Shown: positions 57,166-64,000 of the stretch, piece after piece | Position numbering within the stretch: position 1 is the first letter of the stretch | How the letters are laid out: each line of letters starts with the position of its first letter | Source: Pedobacter sp. | GTDB lineage: Bacteria; Desulfobacterota; Desulfuromonadia; Desulfuromonadales; Syntrophotaleaceae | DNA: 64,000 nucleotides | Direction: 5' to 3' | Assembly: GCA_050253415.1 (NCBI GenBank) | Contig: JBFWJC010000005.1 | Span: forward strand, 1 to 64,000 | Position numbers and translations under genes: made by a program | Notes under the pieces: generated by a model | What the model was told of the DNA's origin: nothing | Database searches by the model: none | What the model saw: the letters and a program-made list of their open reading frames with translations, nothing else

Positions 57166-59376
57166 ATGGGAAAAAGTAATGTCAGAAACAGTCTCCAGGA
57201 CCTATGGGGATTGCTCGAAAAGCGAAGGAGCCTTAAATCCTTGATTGAAAATACAGATCGCGGTTTTGTTTGGATTGATAATGATTTTCGGGTAGTTAGG
57301 CATAACAAGTTTATGGCTAGGTATGGAGGAAAATCTTCTGCCGATTTTATAGGTCATCATTGTTATGAGATATTTCGGAATAGGGTCGAGATTTGTCCGG
57401 GGTGTCCAGGGAAGCTAGCTATGGATACACTGGAGCCAGTTTTTCAAGAACTCAAAAAAAAATTGCCAGTCGATGGAAAACCTCAAATAAGATCAATTGC
57501 TTTTCCAAATTTCGATAAGAATGGCTCCGTCATGGGTTTTCTTTTGGTTCAGGGGCATAGTTGTCCTGAGAACGATACTGATAGGGATACCTTTACCGAA
57601 AGCAACCAGCGTTTAAGACATTTAGCTGATTCGACGGGCTGTATGGCTTGGCTTTCAAATCTGGAAAACGAAATCATTTATTTCAATAATGCTTGGCTGA
57701 AGTATACCGGGCGCACTTTGGCACAGGAACTTGGTAATGGTTGGACTGAGAGCGTTCACCCCGATGATCTGCCTCATTGCCTAGCGACGGGTGAAGCAGC
57801 TCTCGTAAAAAGAGATGAATTCCGCATTGAATACCGTTTGCGCAGATCTGACGGCAGCTACGGTCGGCTCCTGTCAATCGCCTCCCCCCGGTTTAGCCCG
57901 GAGGGGTTCTTTGCTGGGTATCTCGGGATCTGTGTCGATATCAGCGAGTACGGTGATCTTGCAGATCAACTCAAAACCTTCAAAGCAGGGTTGGAAAGAG
58001 AAGTTTCAGTATGCACCGCTTCTCTCAAGGATGTCCAATTTGCCTTAAAAAATGAAATTGCCGAACGAAGGCAGATCGAAGAGAAACTTCTTAACCAACA
58101 GGAAGTCCATTTCGAGAAACAAAAAGAGCTTAACCATTTATTTCATTTAGTGGAATTTGCTAAACGGGAATGGGAATCAACTATGGACTGCGTTAAGGAA
58201 GTGGTCGTCCTGGTTGATAATGTTGGAAGGATACGGCGGTGTAATAAGGCCTTGGTTAATTTGACCGGCAAAGGATATGCCGATCTCATCGGCACCGAGA
58301 TACACGAAGTTTTTGGGAAAGGAAATTTTCCGGTTAATGTCCTCTCCTGGCAAGCAGACACTTGCTATGAAATTGACGGAAGGTGGTTTCTAGTAAACAG
58401 CTATCTACTGGACGAAGGTCGCATAGAAAGCGGATCTGTCATCACTCTCTACGATTACACCAGTTTGAAGCAGTTGACTTGCAAACTCGAAGAGTCTAAC
58501 CGTAATCTGGAAAATAAAAGTCTCCGCCTGGAGGAAGCCTACGAGGAGTTAAAGACCACTCAAGTCAAGATATTCAATCAGGAGAAAATGGCTACTATTG
58601 GGCAATTGGCGGCTGGAGTGGCCCACGAGATTAACAATCCGATAGGTTTTATATCGAGCAATCTCCGAACACTCAATAAGTATCTGGAAAAATTGACAGA
58701 GTTTATTGATGTTCAGAGTAATGCATTGCAGGCTGCCGGAAATCCGGAATTCCTTGAAGAAGTGACTAAAGCTCGTAAGGAGCTGAAGCCCGATTTCATC
58801 GTCGATGATATTGTGGATCTGATCGAGGAATCACTTGATGGAGCTGAAAGAGTCAGGAAAATCGTTCAGGATCTGAAGACCTTTTCTCGGGTGGACGGGT
58901 TGGAATGGAAAATGGCCGACCTTGTTGAAGGCCTTGAAAGCACCATCAATATGGTATGGAGCGAGATTAAGTATAAAGCCAATCTCATCCGGGATTTTTC
59001 CGAACTGCCCCTTGTCAGGTGCTATCCTCACCAGTTGAACCAGGTTTTTATGAACCTTCTCATAAATGCTGCTCAGGCCATTGATCATGAGGGGCATATT
59101 ACCGTAAAAGCTTGGCAGTACGGAGAAGAGGTCCTGTTCTCTTTTGCCGATGATGGCTGTGGCATCCCGGCAGAAAATTTATCTAAGATTTTTGAGCCGT
59201 TTTTCACTACCAAAGAAATCGGAATAGGAACAGGTCTCGGCTTGAGCCTCTCTTATGAAATCGTAAAAAAACATAAAGGGGAAATCTTTGTTGAGAGTGA
59301 GCAAGGAAAAGGAACCACATTTACCGTACGACTGCCCATTGATGTGAGGATGATGACCGAGGCAATAAGTGAATGA
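57166..59376 (+). CDS. Cytoplasmic multi-PAS histidine kinase
   Basis: CYEIF...[38 protein letters not shown]. Confidence 0.93.
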   Translation: MGKSNVRNSLQDLWGLLEKRRSLKSLIENTDRGFVWIDNDFRVVRHNKFMARYGGKSSADFIGHHCYEIFRNRVEICPGCPGKLAMDTLEPVFQELKKKLPVDGKPQIRSIAFPNFDKNGSVMGFLLVQGHSCPENDTDRDTFTESNQRLRHLADSTGCMAWLSNLENEIIYFNNAWLKYTGRTLAQELGNGWTESVHPDDLPHCLATGEAALVKRDEFRIEYRLRRSDGSYGRLLSIASPRFSPEGFFAGYLGICVDISEYGDLADQLKTFKAGLEREVSVCTASLKDVQFALKNEIAERRQIEEKLLNQQEVHFEKQKELNHLFHLVEFAKREWESTMDCVKEVVVLVDNVGRIRRCNKALVNLTGKGYADLIGTEIHEVFGKGNFPVNVLSWQADTCYEIDGRWFLVNSYLLDEGRIESGSVITLYDYTSLKQLTCKLEESNRNLENKSLRLEEAYEELKTTQVKIFNQEKMATIGQLAAGVAHEINNPIGFISSNLRTLNKYLEKLTEFIDVQSNALQAAGNPEFLEEVTKARKELKPDFIVDDIVDLIEESLDGAERVRKIVQDLKTFSRVDGLEWKMADLVEGLESTINMVWSEIKYKANLIRDFSELPLVRCYPHQLNQVFMNLLINAAQAIDHEGHITVKAWQYGEEVLFSFADDGCGIPAENLSKIFEPFFTTKEIGIGTGLGLSLSYEIVKKHKGEIFVESEQGKGTTFTVRLPIDVRMMTEAISE

Positions 59377-59461
59377 CGGATGCTTTGAAAGGCCGCCAAG
59401 GATAAGGTCCAAGCCGTTCGCAATCTGATGCAGGTCCTGTGATTAAGCTTAGTTTTTTCTT

Positions 59462-60304
59462 ATGGTGGAGCGGAGGGTGATGGAGGAACAGGTAAAAATC
59501 CTATGCGTTGATGATGAAAAGAATGTGTTGCGCGCTCTTCAACGGCTCTTTCTGGATGACGACTATGAAATCTATACGGCTCTTTCGGCAAAAGAAGGAC
59601 TGGAAATACTTAATGCCGTCGATGCTGTACAAGTCGTTATTTCCGATTACCGGATGCCGGGCATGAACGGTATCGAATTTTTACGAGAAGTTTATAAAAA
59701 TTGGCCTGATACGGTTAGGCTCGTTCTATCGGGTTTTGCGGATACGGCAGCCGTGGTTGGGGCTATAAATGACGGGCAGATTTATAAATTCATTCCGAAG
59801 CCATGGAATGACGATGACCTGAGGTTTACGATCCAAAAAGGGATAGAACGTTATTTTTTAAAAATAAAAAATTCTCAACTTATGGACGAACTGAAAGCCT
59901 CAAACGAAAAACTGCGGAAAATAAATGAGAATCTAGAGGCCGCCGCGCAATACTTCATTAAGGATACATTTCAGAACCAGGCTAAAAATATTTACAACCA
60001 TATAATCAGCTCATTGCCTTTTGGGATCGTAGGCATCGATTCTGAAGGGTGTATCATATTTTGTAACAATACAGCTCTGGATTTTTTGGGAGAAACAAAG
60101 AGGGAAATTTGGGGCTGGTCTTCGGCTTGTAAATTTCCGGAGGTGCTTTGTCCATTCCTGCAAAAGTTTATGAATCAGGGCGTTCTATCAGAAAATTGCA
60201 AAATTGGTGAACGAAACGGGTGGATCAGAGGTAGCAAAATTTGTCTGGGAAACCAGGAATTTGTTGTGCTGGCCTTTGACCTGGAAGATCAGGATCATGT
60301 CTGA
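59462..60304 (+). CDS. Response regulator (REC + PAS-like); alternative start 59480
   Basis: ILCVDDE, SDYRMPG, KPWND. Confidence 0.88.
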   Translation: MVERRVMEEQVKILCVDDEKNVLRALQRLFLDDDYEIYTALSAKEGLEILNAVDAVQVVISDYRMPGMNGIEFLREVYKNWPDTVRLVLSGFADTAAVVGAINDGQIYKFIPKPWNDDDLRFTIQKGIERYFLKIKNSQLMDELKASNEKLRKINENLEAAAQYFIKDTFQNQAKNIYNHIISSLPFGIVGIDSEGCIIFCNNTALDFLGETKREIWGWSSACKFPEVLCPFLQKFMNQGVLSENCKIGERNGWIRGSKICLGNQEFVVLAFDLEDQDHV

Positions 60305-61256
60305 AACGGTTCTTTTCGTTGATGATGAGGCGAATGTCCTTCGTTCCCTGGAACGACTTTTTTTAGAAAAGGACATGATCTTACGTAGCGCTTCGAACGC
60401 AAGGGCCGCTATGTCCATTATGCAGGAAGAGGATGTGGCAGTTATCATTTCCGACCATATGATGCCTGGCATGTCAGGACTTGATCTGCTTTGCCGAACC
60501 CGGGATATATCTCCCTTCACCGTCAAGGTGCTGATGACGGCCTATGCGGATCTTGGCACCGCTGTTGCGGCAATCAACAGGAGTGAAGTTTTCCGCTTTG
60601 TGCTGAAACCTTGGGACAACAGCGATTTGGAATGGATTGTTGAGGAAAGTCTAGCCCGTTATCGCACAATCCAAGCTCTTTCCCGAGGTGCGGAATCAAC
60701 CTTACTCTCCCTTGCGCGAATGGTTGAGCTCAAGGACCCTTATACTCATGGACACTGTGAAAGAGTCGGCCAATATGCCGTGTCCATGGGGCGTAGACTC
60801 GGGCTTGGGAAATCCGCGCTCAAAGAGATCCAGCACGGAGCCTGGTTGCATGATTGTGGAAAGATCGGAGTGCCGGAGAAAATCCTTAATTTTAACGGTC
60901 CCTTGGATGAGAGCCAGTATGCCATCGTCAAAAGCCATCCCGGGTGGGGGGCGGACGTGGTTCGGCAGGCTGGGCTTCCAAGGAGAGTGATTAATATCGT
61001 CCTGCATCATCATGAACGTTTCGACGGTAAGGGATATCCCCTACACCTCAAAGGACGAGACGTGCCTCTGGAAGCCAGGATTGTTAGTGTTGCTGATGTC
61101 TATGATTGTTTGACGACAGATCGCCCCTATCGAGGAGCTACCTCCAGACGCCAAGCTTTACAAGTCCTATGTAATCTAAAGGGGAATGCATTGGATCCAG
61201 AAATGGTCGACTTGTTTGTGGATTTATTCAGGGAACAAAAGGAATACCCCTTTTAA
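60297..61256 (+). CDS. REC-HD-GYP cyclic-dinucleotide phosphodiesterase
   Basis: KDPYTHGH, LHDCGKIG, HHERFDGKGYP, DRPYR; start re-set to MSETVLF. Confidence 0.93.
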   Translation: MSETVLFVDDEANVLRSLERLFLEKDMILRSASNARAAMSIMQEEDVAVIISDHMMPGMSGLDLLCRTRDISPFTVKVLMTAYADLGTAVAAINRSEVFRFVLKPWDNSDLEWIVEESLARYRTIQALSRGAESTLLSLARMVELKDPYTHGHCERVGQYAVSMGRRLGLGKSALKEIQHGAWLHDCGKIGVPEKILNFNGPLDESQYAIVKSHPGWGADVVRQAGLPRRVINIVLHHHERFDGKGYPLHLKGRDVPLEARIVSVADVYDCLTTDRPYRGATSRRQALQVLCNLKGNALDPEMVDLFVDLFREQKEYPF

Positions 61257-61299
61257 ATTGCATGATCCGTTTAAAAAACTTTTTAGGAAGGTTGGGTCT

Positions 61300-61962
61300 T
61301 TGATCGAGTACGACGAAATGGAAAAACGGATGGTGCTCAAGTTGGTTTATTACGGACCAGCTATGTCCGGGAAGACTACCAATTTGCTACAGCTTCACGA
61401 CCTCCTTCAGCAGGAAGGCCGCGGCGATCTCATGGTTTTGGATACGAAGGATGATCGGACAATTTTTTTTGATCTCCTGCCGTTTTTTTTGGTGGCTCCC
61501 AGCGGTTTGAAGATCAAGGTAAAGGTTTACACGGTGCCCGGTCAGGTAAAACATGATGCCACCCGAAAGGCTGTCCTTCAGAGGGCCGACGGAGTGGCGT
61601 TTATAGCTGACTCTCAACTATCGGAAATATCAAATAATTACAATAGTTTCCAAAACCTTGAAAAAAACTTGGGCTTTGTCGGCCTGGATATTGAAAAAAT
61701 ACCCTTGGTGGTGCAGTTCAATAAACGGGATTTGAGCCAGACTGTTCCTGAGGAAGAGATCCGTCGAGTTTGGACCCCCTCAAGTATCCCCGTTTTCATG
61801 GGGGCCGCTCTGCACGGTACCGGTGTTCTGGAGACCTTTATCCATTTGGCGGATCGTGCCTACACTTATGTCGACTCCAGATTTGGACTTTCCAAAAACC
61901 ATGGTCTTGATAAATACATGTTTCTTTCGCAACTTGTGCGTAGGAGTCCAGAGTCTTCTTAA
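61300..61962 (+). CDS. mglA: MglA-family small GTPase
   Basis: KLVYYGPAMSGKTTNL, DRTIFFD, YTVPGQ, FIADSQ, NKRD; probable TTG start. Confidence 0.85.
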   Translation: MIEYDEMEKRMVLKLVYYGPAMSGKTTNLLQLHDLLQQEGRGDLMVLDTKDDRTIFFDLLPFFLVAPSGLKIKVKVYTVPGQVKHDATRKAVLQRADGVAFIADSQLSEISNNYNSFQNLEKNLGFVGLDIEKIPLVVQFNKRDLSQTVPEEEIRRVWTPSSIPVFMGAALHGTGVLETFIHLADRAYTYVDSRFGLSKNHGLDKYMFLSQLVRRSPESS

Positions 61963-62110
61963 AGAGAAAAGATCTCTGCTGTATCTGAGAATAGCAAATC
62001 AAACTGAGGATAATCGCTCTTTAATTCGACAAGTCTCGACTTGGTGTGCAAATGAAGATTCTGCTCAAATGTTTCAAGAATACCAGACTGCGTAACAACT
62101 TGGAGTATAT

Positions 62111-63406
62111 ATGAGTATTGCTAATGAGATCGAATTTTTCGTGGGAGAGGAAAAACGTCTTGCAGATGTACTCGATGAATCGCAAATCCTGCCGTTGTTT
62201 AAGAGCGCCGTAAAAGCAGGGATTGGTTTAGCCGCTATCGTCGATGATAAAGACGTCCCTTTGTGGATCCTGGGAACGCACCTCCCTGCAGCAGTAATAG
62301 GGGAGGATAGCTGGGATGCGACCTGCAGACTTCTGTTGGAAGGTGAGCCGGTGGGAACTGTCTGCCTCATACGGGGGCAGGTCCATGCCAGGGAGTGCGG
62401 GATGATGGCCCATCTGATCGGCGAGGCCTTGAACAGCATCATGGCCAATAACCTGAAACGGATGCTGACCACGGAAATTCATACCAGAGTGGTGAACCAG
62501 TCCTACGACGAATTGCTCGAGAGTAACCGGCAGTTGATGGAATCAAAGGAGAAATACCGGGATCTGGCCGAAAACCTTGAGTTGCGGGTGCAAGAGCGGA
62601 CCGAGGAACTCAAGCGCGCCTATGCCCGGCTCCTCCAGCAGGAAAAAATGGCATCTGTCGGACAGCTTGCCGCAGGCGTGGCTCATGAAATCAATAATCC
62701 AAACGGCTATATTCTAAGTAATCTCAATACGTTGCGAAAGTATGTCGGAAGAATGATGAGGATGCTGGAGCACTATCGTGGCCTCCATGAAGCTGCCGGG
62801 TCTGAAAAATGGCGGGAGTTAAAGCTTGATGTTGTGCTCGGAGATGTTGACGAACTTTTGGATCAGAGTGTTTCCGGGGCACAAAAAGTCAAGCAGATCG
62901 TTTCCGACCTCAAGGGGTTTTCGCACGTGGAAGACATGGGGGTAAGCGCCGTAGACATTAATCATGAAATCGACCGTACTCTTGGAGTTCTTTCAGGGGA
63001 AATGCCCAGGGATACCAGGATCATCAAGGAATTTGGAGTTCTCCCGGTGTTTGAGGGAAACGGAGCCCTGTTGTGCCAAGTGTTTTTGAATCTATTGCGC
63101 AACGCCTTCCAGACCAGGCCCGAGGGATTGCAACTGATTATCACTACAGTGCATGAAGACGATACGTTGCGGATACGTTTCTCCGACAACGGCCCCGGAG
63201 TGCCGGATGAGATCCACGGCAGAATTTTCGAGCCGTTTTTCACGACGCGCGATGTAGGTCATGGCACGGGCCTGGGGTTGACCGTCGCCTATGATATCGT
63301 CACTGAATGCGGCGGAACCCTCGAGGTGGAAAACGGTAAGAAAGGCGGGGCAGTATTTCTGGTTCAACTGCCCGCAACAGGGAGAACCGATGGCCAGGTA
63401 CGCTGA
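62111..63406 (+). CDS. Histidine kinase
   Basis: [31 protein letters not shown]. Confidence 0.92.
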   Translation: MSIANEIEFFVGEEKRLADVLDESQILPLFKSAVKAGIGLAAIVDDKDVPLWILGTHLPAAVIGEDSWDATCRLLLEGEPVGTVCLIRGQVHARECGMMAHLIGEALNSIMANNLKRMLTTEIHTRVVNQSYDELLESNRQLMESKEKYRDLAENLELRVQERTEELKRAYARLLQQEKMASVGQLAAGVAHEINNPNGYILSNLNTLRKYVGRMMRMLEHYRGLHEAAGSEKWRELKLDVVLGDVDELLDQSVSGAQKVKQIVSDLKGFSHVEDMGVSAVDINHEIDRTLGVLSGEMPRDTRIIKEFGVLPVFEGNGALLCQVFLNLLRNAFQTRPEGLQLIITTVHEDDTLRIRFSDNGPGVPDEIHGRIFEPFFTTRDVGHGTGLGLTVAYDIVTECGGTLEVENGKKGGAVFLVQLPATGRTDGQVR

Positions 63407-64000
63407 ACTATTCCGAAATGTACTAGGCAATCAGGGCATCGAGGCATCCGTCGAGGATGCTTCGGATAAAATCATCCCAGGACAATGCGCCTATACCCTT
63501 TTGTTTGTTGATGACGAGGACGGTGTTCTCAAGGCTCTGAGAAGGATTTTTCAGGACGAAAATTACCAGATCCTGACCGCCTGCAACGCCTCGGATGCCC
63601 TGACGATTCTGGAAAAGTACACCATCCACTTGATCGTATCCGACCATCGGATGCCCGGCATGACTGGAGCTCAACTGCTCAAACAAATCAAGGAGCGCTG
63701 GCCGGAAACCATCCGCATCATGCTCACCGGGTATGCCGATGTCCAGTCTATCATGGGCGCGGTTAACGAAGGTTCCGTCTATAAATTTATTACAAAACCA
63801 TGGAATGACGAAGACTTGCGGCTCACCATCAGCCTGGCATTGCAGCAATATGCCTTGATGCAGGAAAACCGTAAACTCAAGGAAGTCAGCAGGCAGCAAA
63901 GGGAAAAACTTAAAAACTACTCTACCTTGATCGAGAAGAACAACGGGGTTCTGGGGAGCCTTCTGGCCAAGGCCGGCCTGGTGAAACTGGAGGATTTTCA
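63390..64000 (+). CDS. Response regulator followed by the start of an MshEN-like motif (runs off the window)
   Basis: Own translation from ATG 63390: LLFVDDE, SDHRMPG, KPWND, then LGSLLAKAGLV; absent from the ORF track because it has no stop in the window. Confidence 0.85.
   Translation, partial: MARYAELFRNVLGNQGIEASVEDASDKIIPGQCAYTLLFVDDEDGVLKALRRIFQDENYQILTACNASDALTILEKYTIHLIVSDHRMPGMTGAQLLKQIKERWPETIRIMLTGYADVQSIMGAVNEGSVYKFITKPWNDEDLRLTISLALQQYALMQENRKLKEVSRQQREKLKNYSTLIEKNNGVLGSLLAKAGLVKLEDF

Noticed and set aside
63423..63899. 158-aa minus-strand ORF and other antisense ORFs in the track
   Set aside because: Shadow of the plus-strand response regulator starting at 63390; the same applies to most short ORFs overlapping long genes.

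Overview
A 64-kb accessory and signalling region with no rRNA, tRNA, cas, integrase or intact transposase genes. Gene content (Trk, MglA, PocR, CGGC, MshEN, sigma54 regulators, GEMM-I riboswitches) suggests a Desulfuromonadales-like deltaproteobacterium; this is an inference. (1) About 1-31 kb is a head-to-tail array of roughly 15 modules. They are separated by a conserved junction: TTGTTTCA box, about 40 bp, ATTCTTA-N7-TGCAAT core, GCGAGAAAACCCCG hairpin, TGTTTCA-N7-TGAT box. Almost all cargo genes read on the minus strand toward the hairpin. Cargo includes GGDEF/EAL proteins, a Trk K+ uptake operon with a KinB/AlgB-like pair, an orphan CcdA-like antitoxin and exported proteins. It also includes non-coding arrays of 42-43-bp-period repeats and two integrase-less mini-integrons (7 attC sites, 7 cassettes, several nuclease-like) sharing a homologous attI-like leader. 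This nested cassette architecture is the most novel-looking signal. (2) About 31-64 kb is a dense cyclic-dinucleotide and two-component signalling cluster. It has three sigma54 promoters sharing a palindromic enhancer at the same spacing, a DctP-LivK fusion, a frameshifted MshEN-REC gene, an HD-GYP protein and a lone MglA GTPase. Two A20-type GEMM-I riboswitches occur (about 2.1 kb and 48.5 kb). All calls come from reading the sequence by eye; no database searches were run.
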